Shown: positions 11,215 to 24,429 of the stretch, piece by piece
Layout: the number at the start of each line of letters is the position of its first letter
How positions within the stretch are numbered: position 1 is the first letter of the stretch
Translations under genes and position numbers: made by a program
Origin: Heterodontus francisci
Taxonomy: Eukaryota
Direction of reading: 5' to 3'
Length of the DNA: 64,000 bases
Assembly (NCBI RefSeq): GCF_036365525.1
Contig: NC_090399.1
Span: 13,019,558 to 13,083,557, forward strand
Notes under the pieces: generated by a model
Databases searched by the model: none
Told to the model about the DNA's origin: nothing
What the model saw: the letters and a program-made list of their open reading frames with translations, nothing else

Positions 11215-12126
11215 TGTGACTGAAATAACCAATTTGACAGGTTTTCTCGAGTTTAAACAAAAAAGAGGTAAATGTATTCTACTTAGCAATCTGAAACCAC
11301 TTTCAAAATAATAAAAAATACGCTTCGCATTCGCCACACATTCACCCGAGTGCAAACTAGGTTATTTTGGTTGGATTAAAGTCCAGAATAACTAAAAGGT
11401 AAATACACCGGCGGTGGTGTTGGATGATTTGGTGATCTTCCGGCTGAAGTTGCATTGAGAATGTTCATAGCTGGTCATAGTGAACTTTGTGCCTGGCAAA
11501 CTTTGCTCAGGGTTTTCTTGAAGGCAAACTAGTCGGTGGCTCTCTTCCCCTTGTCTCTGGCTGTAGCAGTCTGTCGGCTTGTAGGGTCTACAGCCGCAGA
11601 GGGTTTTCAAACTTGATGTTTTCTGGCGAGAGAGAAACAGTCTTCTCTGCTGTTACAGTCTTAGTTACTGCTTGTCTCTTCTCTGTGTAACAAAACTTCC
11701 AGTATTTTTTCAGAGACGGACAGAGAGTCACATTGTCCTTTCAATCCACTTGGTTTTTAATGAGGTCCAAGGTGTAAAATCCTTAACCTCTCTCAGGTGG
11801 TGTCATCAGTGTTAACCCACTGGAGGGAGGTCTCCACTTATGAATGCCTCGAAAATGGCTTTGAATGTCCTGCTGACGAGGATGATCAGGATGGATCATC
11901 TACTCATTTAGCCAAAGCATTGTTCTGGCTGGGCTTCTTGTTAGACGTCTGTCTCCGGTTGGGGCCTTGGAATGTGCAAAGATGTTACAGATGCAAATTG
12001 CAATGGCCATCTTGGATGCCAGTTTTTTTTAAAGTTAGCTCTAAGATTTTGCCATTAAATTTCGAATGTAAATTTCCAACCAATGAAATTAGTATTTCTC
12101 ATTTGGGATATAGGGTTTTCTTCACA
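11215..12126. mobile_element. Interspersed repeat, possibly a solo LTR; paralogue ~19160-20117 and a related diverged copy ~62598-63294
   Basis: Shared blocks (tttttaatgaggtccaa, ggccatcttgg, ttccaaccaat...ctcatttgg) at three sites; tgtga...ttcaca termini; no TSD identified. Confidence 0.45.
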
Positions 12127-12629
12127 AGAGTGACTGCTCCCCAGCAGAAGATGAGCGAGGACAGCACGGGGTCAGAAAATAAATGCACTGCATCCCGCAG
12201 AGACATTGCAAACTTTTTTTTTTGAGAATCAAGTGTCATCTTGTTGAGTCATGAAATGTCTCTTTTTCCAATTGGCCATGTTTCAACCCAGACAACTTGA
12301 TCTCGCCCTGGCAACTGTATGAGACCGAACCACACGATTCCCAACCTTGGTGCCAACCTTCACCCCGAGATGAACTTCCAAGCACGTATCCATAGCATCG
12401 CTAAGATTGTCTATTTCCATCTCTGTAACATTGCCCAACTTTGTTCATCCTGCAGAATCCTTCATTCATGGCTTGGCTACCTCTAAACCTGACTATTCCA
12501 ATGCACTCCTGACTGGCCTGCTACATTCCACTGGCCTGTAAACTTAAAATCATTGAATGGTTACAGCACAGATGGAGGCCATTTGGCCTGTCATGTCTAT
12601 GCTGGCACTGTACAAGAGCAACTCACCTA

Positions 12630-14358
12630 CTCCCAGCATCACAGATGCCAGACTTCAGCCAATTTGATTCACTCCGCGTAATATCAAGAAACGACTGAAG
12701 GCACTGGATACTCCAAAGGCTATGGGCCCTGACAATATTCCGGCAATAGTACTGAAGACCTGTGCAGCAGAACATGCCGTTCCCCAAGCCAAGCTGTTCC
12801 AGTACAGCTACAACACTGGGATCTACTGTGCAATGTGGAAAATTGCCCAGGTATGTCCTGTACACAAAAAGCAGGACAAGTCCAACCTGGTCAATTACCG
12901 TCCCATCAGCCTACTCTCAGTCATCAATAAAGTGATGGAGGTGTCATCAACAATGCCATCAAGCGGCACTTGCTCAGCAATAACCTACTCAGTGACGCTC
13001 AGTTTGTGTTCCACCAGAGCAACTCAGCTCCTGACTTGATTACAGCCTTGGTTAAAACATGGACAAAAGAGCTGAACTCAAGAGGTGAGGTGAGAGTCCT
13101 TGACATCAAGGCAGCATTTGACAGAGTATGGCATCAAGGAACCCTAGCAAAACTGAATGGGAATCGGGGAAAACTCTCCACTGGTTTGAGTCATACCTAG
13201 CGCAAAGGAAGATGGTTGTGGCTGTTGGAGGTCAATCATCTGAGCTCCAGGACATCACTGCAGGAGTTCCTCAGAGTAGTGCCCTAGGCCCAACCATCTG
13301 CAGCTGCTTCATCAATGACCTTCCTTCAATCATGAGGTCAGAAGTGGGCATGTTCGCTGATGATTGCACAGTGTTCAGCACCACTCACAACTTGTCAGAC
13401 ACTGAAGCAGTCCGTGTAGAAATGCAGCAAGACTTGGATAATATCCAGGCTTGGGCTGATAAGTGGAAAGTAACATTCGCACCACACAAGTGCCAGGGAA
13501 TGAGCATCTCCAACAAGAGAGAATCTAACCATCTCCCTTTGGCATTCAATGGCATTATCATAGCTGAATCCCCCACTATCATCGTCTTACGGGCTACCAT
13601 TGACTAGAAACTGAACTCTAGTAGCCATATAAATATCGTGGCTACAACAGCAGGTCAGAGACTATGAATCCTGCAGTGAGTAACTCACCTCCTGACTCCC
13701 TAAAGCCTGTCCACCAAGGGAAATTAGGGATGGGCAATAAATGCTGGCCTGGCCAGCGATGCCCACATCCCATGAATGAATAAAATAAAAAATACCCCAT
13801 GCTTGCTGAGCTACATTAGCTTCTAGACTCTCAAGGCACAAGTCAGGCTTGTGATGGAATACTGTCCAATTGCTGGGATGGATGCAGCTCCAACAGCACT
13901 CAAGGAGCTTGACACCATCCAGGACAAAGCAGCCCTCTTGATTGGCACCCCATCCACAAAAAACATTCACTCCCTCCACCATCGATGCACAGTGGAAACA
14001 GTGTGTACCATCTACAAGATGCACTGTAGGAATGCACCAAGGGTCCTTAGACAACACCTTCCAAACCTGTGACCTCTACCAACTAGAAGGACAAGGGCAG
14101 CAAATGCATGGGACCACCACCTGCAAGACCCTCCAAGTCACACACCATCCTGACTTGGAACTGTATCGCCGTTCCTTCACTGTCGCTGGGTCAAAGTTCT
14201 GGAACTCTCTTCCTAACAGCACAGCTGGTGTACCTACCCCACATGGCCTGCAGCTGTTCAAGAAAGCAACTCACCACCACCTTGTCAAGGGCAATTAGGG
14301 ATGGGCAATAAATGCTGGCCTGGCCTGTGATGCCCACATCCCATGAATGAATAAAAAA
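12630..14358 (+). mobile_element. Second copy of the single-ORF LINE family (RT and 3' end), rearranged
   Basis: MGPDNIPAIVLK, NYRPISLLS, LDIKAAFDRVWH, GVPQSSALGP, FADD; two 3' tails (~13785 and ~14355). Confidence 0.85.
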
Positions 14359-16342
14359 GTTGTTTGCTGACCTACATTAGCTTCTAGACTGTCAAGGCCA
14401 CAAATCTAAAATTCTCATCCTCGTATTTAGATCCCTCCATGGACTTGCCCCTTTCTATAACCCTTTCCAATCCTAAAAATCTCCGTGCTCCTCCAATTCT
14501 GACATGCAACCCCAATTTTGTTCACTCCACCACTGGCAGACATGCCTTCAGCTGTCTAAGCCCTCAGATTTGGAATTCCCTCCCTCAAGCTCTCTACCTA
14601 TCTCTTTTGTATAATGCCTGCACAACTTTTAGTAGATCTGTCACAATATCTATTTATGTGGTTCGGTGTGAAATGACCAGATACCGTGTTTGTTTGATGT
14701 CAGTTGTGGGATAAATGTTGGCCAGGATTCTGAGAAAAACACCCTTGCTTTTCTTTGGAATAGTGCCATGAGATCTTTTACAGCCACCTGAGGGCAGACA
14801 GGGCCTCGATTTAGCATCTCATTGAAAAGTCAGCAAATTTGCCATTGTGATACTGTCTCGGTAGTGCATTGGGAGTATCAGCCTACATTATGGGATGAAG
14901 TCTCTGGTGTGGGGATTGAACTCTCGATCTTGATGTCACCACTGAGCGAAGGTTGAGAGTGCAGATCCAACACCGTCTGTGCTGTATCAACGTGTAGCTT
15001 GTTTGAAGTAGGGTTTAAATAGTGTCATGAAAGAGGTGGAGTGGTGTAGGAAGGGAATCCCATGGCTTAGGGCCTAAATTCCTGCTGTGGAAGTCTCTCA
15101 GCATCTTTGTATATGAATTCGACGCATCTATTGGGCTTTGTAATTGTCTTATTACCTCTTGACACAGAGTGCCCGAGTTGAACAGTTGCAGAGTGCAACA
15201 TTGCCACCTGCAGTCTTAGCAGGGGAACTGGTGCTTCTCTGCTTTTGAACTTGCTGGACTGTGAGATCAGCAGTCACAGTTCAGCCTACCCTCAGCAGAA
15301 AGAAATAAGAGGCAGAGGAGGTTCATAAGATGGGCAAAGCCCCTGTAGCAATGACTAACAGAGATTATTTGCAGAGATGAAATAAATTTTATAATTAATT
15401 GCCAGTGAGTTTGGTTTCTGTTAGTCTGGTTTAATTTAGTCTGTATGATAATGCACCAATGGTGTCCATATGTGTAATTTTGACCAGCGCATCAACTACA
15501 TGTATTTATATAGTGTCTTTCGCATCGTAAAACGTCCAGAATACGATGACTTTGTGAGAGAAAAAGAATACACTGGACCTTGCATCTTCTCTGCAAGTTG
15601 CAACTGAGATCTGACATTTATCCCCTGACCTATATTCATTTCATTTACACCAAGGCTTGTTTTAAAGTTCTGTCAAATTTCTTTTTAATTCAGTGACTGC
15701 ACTTCAGAAATAGTATTTCACTGGCTGTGAAACACTTTGGGACATGCTGAGCTCACAAAAGGGGCAATATAAAAAAATAAATAAATCTTTATTCCTAATT
15801 ACACCAGAATGAGAAAATAATCCCAGTGATGGTGTTAAACCTGCGCGGGAATTACATTGACACATAGGAAAATAGATCAATATTTCAAAGCACAGATTTA
15901 AAAATATATTCTTGGCAGAAATCACCACAAATAAAAGTAATAAGTAAATAATCGTTTTATTAGACTTTTTAAAAAATTCAGTCCAGCTGTCAACAAGTTT
16001 ACATTATCAGAAAAATATAAAAGTATTAAATTAAGTCCTTATGTATACATGGAGAATATTTCTATACAGATCAAAAACAACAAGATGACCCTTTTCAATC
16101 GCATTCAGTAAATCAATTTATAAAGTGATTAGAATTTACAAAAGTCAGCACGTCACAGCTTCAGTTTACAGAAGAGTACTGCCAACATTCGGAAGAGTCA
16201 GAGTGGATCACTCAGTGTAGCACTGACAGCATCTAGCCCAGCCAAGTCCTCCACTGTCAGTCTGGAATACGAAAAACACAACCTCTGTAACATTGAGCTC
16301 TCATAAGAGTCCAAAATTGTTATATGTTGGATTTCCAGTCTT

Positions 16343-18274
16343 TTAATCCACCTCCTCCACAGTTGGTCCTGTGTATGTGGCCTTTCCAGCCTGGGTTCTG
16401 CAAGATCCCCCTGCGGCTGTTGATGCTCCTCCTTGGTACAGGTTGGTAATGATGGGACGGCAGAGTTTTTCCAGCTCTTTCAACTGGTACTGAAACTCCT
16501 CCTTCTCTGCCATCTGATTGTTCTCCAGCCACAATATTGCCTGGTTACACTGGTCAATGATCTTCTTCTTATCTTCCTCACTGATCTTACTTCTCACATT
16601 CTCATCCTCCACTGCGCTCTTCATGTTGAAGGCGTAGGACTCCAGCGAATTCTTGGCTGCGATCTTTTGGCGTTGGACTTCATCCTCAGTTTTGTACTTT
16701 TCTGCATCCTGCACCATCCTCTCAATTTCCTCCTTACTCAGCCTGCCCTTGTCATTGTTGATGGTGATCTTGTTTGTTTTACCAGTGCTCTTGTCAACAG
16801 CAGAAACATTTAGGATGCCATTGGCATCAATATCAAAGGTGACCTCAATCTGTGGCACACCACGGGAGGCAGGAGCAATGCCACTCAAGTCAAATTTGCC
16901 CAGAAGATTGTTGTCCTTGGTCATGGCTCTCTCCCCTTCATACACCTGAATAAGGACACCGGGCTGGTTATCAGAGTAGGTGCTGAAGATCTGAGTCTGC
17001 TTGGTGGGAATGGTGGTGTTACGCTTGATGAGTGTGGTCATGACTCCTCCTGCTGTCTCAAGACCCAGAGACAGAGCAGCGACATCCAGGAGAAGTAGAT
17101 CCTGAACATTCTGCGACTTGTCCCCCATCAGGATAGCCGCTTGAACAGCTGCTCCATAGGCCACGGCCTCATCAGGATTGATGCTCTTGTTCAGCTCCTT
17201 GCCATTGAAGAAATCCTGCAGCAATTTCTGGATCTTGGGGATGCGGGTGGAGCCGCCAACCAAGACAACATCATGGATGTGCGATTTGTCCAACTTGGCG
17301 TCTCTCAGAGCTTTTTCCACTGGTTCCAGAGTGCCTCTGAACAGGTCAGAGTTCAGCTCCTCAAACCGAGCCCTGGTGATGGACGTGTAGAAGTCTATGC
17401 CTTCAAACAGAGAGTCAATCTCAATACTGGCTTGAGTGCTGGAAGACAGGGTTCTCTTTGCTCTCTCACAGGCTGTCCTCAGCCTCCTGACTGCCCTCTT
17501 GTTCTGACTGATGTCCTTTTTGTATTTACGCTTGAACTCCTCAATGAAGTGATTGACCATGCGATTATCAAAGTCCTCTCCACCCAAGTGGGTGTCACCA
17601 GCTGTCGATTTCACTTCAAAGATACCATCGTCAATGGAGAGAACAGACACGTCGAAGGTGCCACCTCCCAAGTCAAAGATGAGAACATTGTGTTCTCCTC
17701 TGCCCTTCTGGTCTAGGCCGTAGGCAATGGCAGCTGCCGTCGGCTCATTGATGACACGGAGGACATTGAGACCAGCGATCACACCAGCATCTTTGGTTGC
17801 CTGGCGCTGGGAGTCATTGAAGTAAGCGGGCACAGTGATAACAGCATTGGTGACAGTGTGTCCCAGGTAAGCCTCAGCCGTCTCCTTCATCTTGGTCAGC
17901 ACCATTGAGGAGATTTCCTCAGGGTAAAAGGTTTTATCCTCACCCTTGTACTCGACCTTCGCCTTGGGCTTCCCGGCATCATTCACCACCTGGAAGGGCC
18001 AGTGCTTCATGTCAGATTGGACCACTGGGTCGTCAAATTTCCTCCCGATGAGCCTCTTGGCATCAAAGACGGTGTTGGGTGGGTTCAGAGCCACCTGGTT
18101 TTTGGCCGCGTCTCCAATGAGCCTCTCAATGTCGTTGAAGGCCACATAGCTGGGGGTGGTGCGGTTGCCCTGGTCATTGGCGATGATCTCCACCTTGCCA
18201 TGCTGGAAGACCCCCACGCAGGAATACGTGGTGCCCAGATCGATACCAATGGCTGTTCCCTTAGCTGCAGGCAT
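16343..18274 (-). CDS. hsp70: Heat shock 70 kDa protein, inducible intronless HSPA1-like (copy 2), 643 aa
   Basis: All three HSP70 signatures and EEVD; differs from copy 1 at about 8 residues. Confidence 0.98.
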   Translation of the reverse strand: MPAAKGTAIGIDLGTTYSCVGVFQHGKVEIIANDQGNRTTPSYVAFNDIERLIGDAAKNQVALNPPNTVFDAKRLIGRKFDDPVVQSDMKHWPFQVVNDAGKPKAKVEYKGEDKTFYPEEISSMVLTKMKETAEAYLGHTVTNAVITVPAYFNDSQRQATKDAGVIAGLNVLRVINEPTAAAIAYGLDQKGRGEHNVLIFDLGGGTFDVSVLSIDDGIFEVKSTAGDTHLGGEDFDNRMVNHFIEEFKRKYKKDISQNKRAVRRLRTACERAKRTLSSSTQASIEIDSLFEGIDFYTSITRARFEELNSDLFRGTLEPVEKALRDAKLDKSHIHDVVLVGGSTRIPKIQKLLQDFFNGKELNKSINPDEAVAYGAAVQAAILMGDKSQNVQDLLLLDVAALSLGLETAGGVMTTLIKRNTTIPTKQTQIFSTYSDNQPGVLIQVYEGERAMTKDNNLLGKFDLSGIAPASRGVPQIEVTFDIDANGILNVSAVDKSTGKTNKITINNDKGRLSKEEIERMVQDAEKYKTEDEVQRQKIAAKNSLESYAFNMKSAVEDENVRSKISEEDKKKIIDQCNQAILWLENNQMAEKEEFQYQLKELEKLCRPIITNLYQGGASTAAGGSCRTQAGKATYTGPTVEEVD

Positions 18275-18400
18275 TTTCTGTCTTGGTAAAAGTCACTTAA
18301 ATTCACTCTGCTGCTGCTAAGTTTTCCACTCGCAACAATCCAGCTCCCAACTCGTAACCTCTCCAATTCGATTCTAATTCAAGTCACTGCAGCTCCTCCC

Positions 18401-18640
18401 TTTATAAAGCCTCAGCGCAGAGCAGGGGGCGGCACCTCGCGGTTGCTTGACGCGGCCTGGACCAATCCGAACGCGGCTCTGTGAGCTCAGCGCAGAAGGT
18501 TGGAGAAGGTTCTGAAGCGGCGGCCAATCGCAGCGCGGCAAGTCCGCGAGACGTGGAGAGACCGAGAGGTTTCTGGAAGCAGCGAGTCCGTGGGCGAAGC
18601 TTCTGGAAAGAGGTGGAAATTTCCCCAGGAATCCGGGGAA
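18401..18640 (-). promoter_or_regulatory. HSP70 copy 2 heat-shock promoter
   Basis: TATAAA 18401-18406 (-), two CCAAT boxes and HSE arrays at 18494-18624, nearly identical to copy 1. Confidence 0.9.
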
Positions 18641-20539
18641 AAGGGAGGGAATCGGGAAAGGAGGGGGGAAACAGAACCGGACTGTGATCAGCTGGGAGCG
18701 GGTGGCCGCGGGCAGGAGGAGCAGAGTGACGAGGAGGTTGCCAACCCTCCCGGATTACCCGGGAGTCTGAGGAAAATGAGGATAAATCTCCTGGACAAGC
18801 AACACCCGGGAGAAAAACACACAGAGACATTGGAAAAGTTGTGTTTTTTCAGTTTTAAGCACTTTCGTCAGATAGTTATTTTGATTGGGGGCTACTGAAA
18901 ACTACCACAAATGGAGCTAAAGGCTGTTGAACAATTGATTGTAAAATGAAGTGAAGCTGCAGGTTGGGTTTGAAAGAGCCAGCAGAGATGAGATGGACCT
19001 GAGTCCAGCAGATGGGGCTGAACCTCCTTTTAACTCCTTCTGACAGGAGAATGTTACAGCCAAGTGAGGAGGGGGAATCACAGTTGCCCCTCTTGTCCTT
19101 CCTCTTATCTGACAGTGGTTGTGCTTACCCCCTCTGAGCGTTTTACCTTTTCACTTTCGCATGACTGTGAAATAACCAATGTGACAGGTTTTCTCGAGTT
19201 TTAACAAGAAAGAGGTAAGTTTATTCTACTTAGCAATATAAAACCAATTTAAAAATAATAAAAACTACGCTACGCATTCACCACACATTTTCCCGGGATC
19301 ACACACACTCAAATAGATTACAAAGTTCAAAGTAGGTTATTTTGGTTGGATTAAAGACCAGAATAAATAAAAGGTAAATACACCGGTGGTGGTGTTGGGT
19401 GATTCGGTGATCTTCCGGCTGAAGTTGTATTTAGAAAGTCCTTGGCTGGTCAAAGTACACTTTGTGGTTGACCCACTTTGCTCAGGGTTTTCTTGAAGGC
19501 AAACTTGTAAGTGGCTCTCTTCCCCTTGTCTCTGGTTGTAGCTGTCTGTCGGCTTGGAGTGTCTACAGCTGTAGACGGTTTTCAAACTTGATATTTTCTG
19601 GGGACAGAAAGAAGGAAAGGGAGGCACACAGCCTTCTCTGCTGTTACAGTCTCAGTTACTGCTTGTCTCTTTGTGTAACAAAACTTACCATTTCCAATTT
19701 TTTTCAGAGATGGGCAGAGAGTCACATGATCGTTTCAATCCCCATTGTTTTTAATGAGGTCCAAAGTGTAAAATCCATAACCTCTCTCCGGTGGTGTCAT
19801 CAGTGTTCTCCCACTGGAGGGACGTTTCCACTTATGAATGCCTCGAAATGGCTTTGAATGTCCTGCTAACGAGGCTGAGCTGGATAATCTGCTTATTTAG
19901 CCAATGCATTGTTCTGGCTGGGCTTCTTGTTAGATGTCTGACTCCGGTTTGGGCCTTGGAATGTGCAAAGATGTTTCAGATGCAAATTGCAGTGGTCATC
20001 TTGGATGCCAGTTTTCTGTTTAAAGTTAGCTCTAAGATTTTGCTACTAACAGTCGAATGTAAGTTTCCAACCAATGAAATTAATATTTCTCATTTGGCAT
20101 ATAGGGTTTTCTACACAAGAGTAACTGCTCCACAGAGGATGATGAGTGAGGACAGCACAGGGTCAGGCAATAAATGCACTGCACCCCACAGGGACATCAC
20201 AAACTTTTTTTTATTGAGAATCAAGAGTCACCTCGTGAAATGTCTTTTTCCAATTGGCTGTGGTTCAACCCAGACAATTTGATCTCTCCCTGTCAACTGT
20301 ATGACACAGAGCCACACTATTCCCAACCTTGGTGTCAACCGTCACCCCGAGATGAACTTCCAACCGCACCTCCGCATCATCACTAAGACCGTCTATTTCC
20401 ATCTCCATAACATTGCCCAACTTTGTTCATGCTGCAGAATCCTTCATTCACGGCTTTGCTACCTCTAAACCTGACTATTTCAATGCACTCCAGACTAGCC
20501 TGCTACATTCCACACCCTGTAAACTTAAAATCATTGAAT

Positions 20540-21300
20540 GATTACAGCACAGATGGAGGCCATTTGGCTTGCTGTGTCTATGCTGGCTCTGTACAAGAGC
20601 AACTCACCTCGTCCCACTCTTCTGTCTTTACCCCATAAATGTGCAAATTTTATCTCGTCAGATAATTATCCAATTGCCTTTTGAAAGCTACGATTGAATT
20701 TGCCTCCAATCCACGCTCAGGCATTGCATTCCCGATCCTAACCACTTGCTGTGTAAAAATGTCGTTCTTCATGTCGCCAATCACTTTCAACCGGTGTCCT
20801 CTGGTTCTCGATACTTCTGCCAAAGGGAACAGGTTCTCCCATTCTACCCTGCCCAGCCACTCATGATTTTTGAACACTTCTATCAAATCTCCTCTTAACC
20901 TTCTCATCTCCAAGGAGAAAGCTCCATCTTCTCCAATCGATCCATGTAATAGAAGTTCCTCATTCCTGGAACCATTTTTGTGAATCTTTTCTGTACCTTC
21001 TCTAATGCCTTCACATCCTTTCTGACTTTTGGTGCCCGGAACTGGACACAATACTCCAGTTGAGGCCCAACCAATGTTTTATGCAGGTTTTTCATAACTT
21101 GCTTTCTTTGGTACTCTGCCTCCTTTTCTAAAGACTAGGAACCCATTATGCTATATTAACCACTTTCTCAATCTACCCTGTCACCTTCAATGATTTGTGC
21201 ACCTATAGCCCAGGTGCCTCTGCTCCTACAACCCTTTTGCAATTATACCCTTCGTTTTATATTACCTCTACTCGTTTTTCCTGCTAAAATGAATCACTTG
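20540..21300 (-). mobile_element. CR1 3' fragment
   Basis: ORFs with [27 protein letters not shown]. Confidence 0.8.
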
Positions 21301-21309
21301 AACTCGAGA

Positions 21310-21760
21310 TTAGAAACTCTGCTAGCTGTATCCTTACACCAAATCCCATTCACCTGTCACGCTTGTGCTCCCTAAGCTACATTGGCTCCCAATAAAGCAC
21401 CATATTGATTTTAAAATTCTCAACCTTGTCTGGCCTCACCCCTCCCTATCTCAGTAATCTCTTCCAGTCTCATAGACCTGAGATATCTGCAGTCATCTAA
21501 TTCTGGTATCTTGAGTATCTATGATTTAATTACTTCAGCTGCCTTGGCACTAAATTCTTAAATTCCCTCCTGAAATCTCTCCACCTCTCTCTCCTTCAGA
21601 GAATTGTCTTAAAATCCACCTTAAAACCTACCTTTTTCCCCCCTATTTTTGGCCATCAGCCATAATATCACCTTACGTGGCTCGGTGCCTAGTTTTGCTT
21701 TATTATGTTCCTGTAAAACTCCTTGGGATGTTTTATTACATTACAGTCACTATATAGAAA
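21310..21760 (+). mobile_element. Old L2-like LINE 3' fragment
   Basis: ccattcacc...ctacattggctccc...gattttaaaattctc (remnant of the L2 HITPVL..LHWLP..DFKI region), then an L2-type 3' UTR. Confidence 0.6.
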
Positions 21761-22889
21761 TATAATTTGTTGTTGTTGATGGAGGGACAGCTGTATAATC
21801 CCATTAGGTGCACAATTGCATTGCAAATGTGAAAAATGCACAAGATTACACAGTAGTTAATAACGGGCAAGAAACAATAAAGAACTTGCCATGATCCTGA
21901 CTCACAGCTCCTCCCATTTACTCATCACCCCTCTGCTTGCTGACCTGTATCAGATTGTCAGGGTCTCAAATCTAAAATTCACATCATGTTTCTATCCCTC
22001 CATGGGCTTGCCCTTCCCTATCTCTGTAACCCAGTGCAGCCCTACACCCCTCCAACATCTCATTGCTCCTCCAATTCTGATGTGCAACCCTGATTTTGTT
22101 CACTCCACTACTGCCAGACCTGCCTTCAGCTGTCTAAGGCCACAAATTTGGAAATCCCTCCCTAAAGCACTCTGCCTCTCGTCGGATGCCTTCAAATCAT
22201 AAAATAGTGACAGCACAGACGGAGGTCAGAGGTTGGTAACTTGCCTGTACATGGACAGCAGTGTCTGTGGTAAATAATTCTAAGGTCCGTGACTGTTAAT
22301 TGCAGGAGTAAGTGATTTTCCGGTGACTTCTTCTTTCCGACCATACCGCCTTTAAAAAAAACTGACAATGGTCAGTTTCACAGCTGACAGGCGCTAATAG
22401 CAGGAGAAACCGTTTCTGAACTTCAGACAGCTTCATGGTTCTGTGGTGGTTTCCGATTTTATTTTAAAGCCCACCAGATGGGGACTGAGAGGGAGGGAGG
22501 ATGGGGGGCGTGACGGGGCGGGGGGAAGGAAGGGAAATTGACAGCCAGAGAATGAGTGGACACGGGGGAGGGGGGGGGGGGTGGTGGTGGGGTGGGGGGG
22601 ATAATTAGTAAACGAGTACGGAAACTTCCTCTAAACTAACCTAACCTATTGTTGCCACCCTATTGCTGCCCTTGGCAAGATCAGTGAGTTTAGCACAGAC
22701 TGAGGATCCTTCCAATCTGTGTGGTTCAATTACTGACGGCTCAAACTCTCAACCATGAGAGACACAATATATACAACTATATATTTAGATTGTTCTGTAA
22801 AATCTCACTGATATATATACACACCGATATTTCTATAAATGCATTATACATACCTCTGCACAAAGATATCTATATATAGACATCTATAA

Positions 22890-23797
22890 AAGGTCAGAAT
22901 TGGGGATGTTCGCTGATGATTGCACAATGTTCAGCACCATTCGTGACTCCTCAGATACTGAAGCAGTCTGTGTAGAAATGCAGCAAGACCTGGACAATAT
23001 CCAGGCTTGGGCTGATAAGTGGCAAATAACATTCGCGCCACACAAGTGCCAGGCAATGACCATCTCCAGCAAGAGAGAATCTAACCATCTCCCCTTGACA
23101 TTCAATGGCATTACCATTGCTGAATCCCCCACTATCAACATCCTAGGGGCTACCATTGACCAGAAACTGAACTGGAGTAGCCATATAAATACCGTGGCTA
23201 CAACAGCAGGTCAGAAGCTAGGTATCCTGAGGCGAGTAACTCACCTCCTGACTCCCCAAAGCCTGTCCACTATCTGCAAGGCACAAGTCAGGAGTGTGAT
23301 GGAATACTCTCCACTTGCCTGGATGGGTGCAGTTCCAACAACACTCAAGAAGCTCGACACCATCCAGGAGAAAGCACCCCATCGACAAACATTCACTCCC
23401 TCCACCACCGATGCACAGTGGCAGCAGTGTGCACCATCTACAAGATGCCAAGATGCACTGCAGCAATGCACCAAGGCTCCTTAGACAGCACCTTCCAAAC
23501 CCGCGACCTCTACCAACTAGAAGAACAAGGGCAGCAAATACATGGGAACACCACCACCTGCAAGTTCCCCTCCAAGTCACACACTATCATGACTTGGAAC
23601 TATAATCACCGTTCCTTCACTGTTGCTGGGTCAAAATCCTGGAACTTCCTTCCTAACAGCACTGTGGGTATACCTACCACAAATGGACTGCAGCGCTTCA
23701 AGAAGGCAGCTCACCACCACCTTCTCAAGGGCAATTAGGGATGGACAATAAATGCTGGCCTGGCCAGTGACACCTACAAACCATGAATGAATAAAAA
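22890..23797 (+). mobile_element. 5'-truncated copy of the single-ORF LINE family with undeleted 3' end
   Basis: ORF 22900-23484 (FADD...WADKW...MEYSPLAW); tail gggcaattagggatgg...catgaatgaataaaa. Confidence 0.85.
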
Positions 23798-24429
23798 CAA
23801 ACATTACACACACAATGGAATGAGAAACTTTGCAATCAAATGTAGATTTTATTCACGTACAAATTCTCAATTACCACTTACATATTCGTAACCATTTGAA
23901 CAGAAGACTTGCAGTCAATTTATGGTGCACACATAATCAGGTAAAGCAATTCTACAAATGGAAGATGACATATCTACGTAGCCACCAGCACAGGTAACAC
24001 TGGGCCTAATATTAATTTGAAGATGAGTTCATTATGTGATCCAGTACAAATGGCTTGTGCTCCAGCAAGAAATTGAATGCGAACAACAGAATGTCCAAGT
24101 TAAACTCTGTGGCGGCAATTCTGTTCAGCTGCTGTTGCCGACCACTGAGGCACAAATATGCAGCAAGAACCAGACTTTCGGTCCATCTAGACCATTGAAC
24201 AGACCTTATAAACGCCATGTGAATGTGATCTTTGCCTATTTAATCACCAATTATTTAAAACAAAATGGAATCAATTATGAACCAAAAATGTGGAATATCC
24301 CCTTGGCTAAATCCAGGCTAGAAATCAAGGAATGCACAAAGGAGAAGATTTCACACACCTGCAATGGCCATTCTAACATGAAAACAATTCAACGGTGTAA
24401 GCAAAACTTCCCAATGGCTTTGGGGAAAG

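Larger units (their letters stand above)
6040..12628. repeat. HSP70 tandem segmental duplication, unit A
   Basis: Colinear with 14360-20610 in flanks, 3' UTR, CDS, promoter and upstream DNA; offset at the gene is 7950 bp. Confidence 0.9.
14360..20610. repeat. HSP70 tandem segmental duplication, unit B
   Basis: Colinear with 6040-12628. Confidence 0.9.

Noticed and set aside
10452-12225. 130-160 aa ORFs upstream of HSP70 copies 1 and 2 (also 18402-20282)
   Set aside because: They overlap promoter or repeat DNA, and the 11.8/19.8-kb paralogues differ by frameshifts, so there is no sign of coding constraint.
24012-24218. Protein-like 68-aa minus-strand ORF with a possible acceptor
   Set aside because: No recognisable domain and no partner exons identified.
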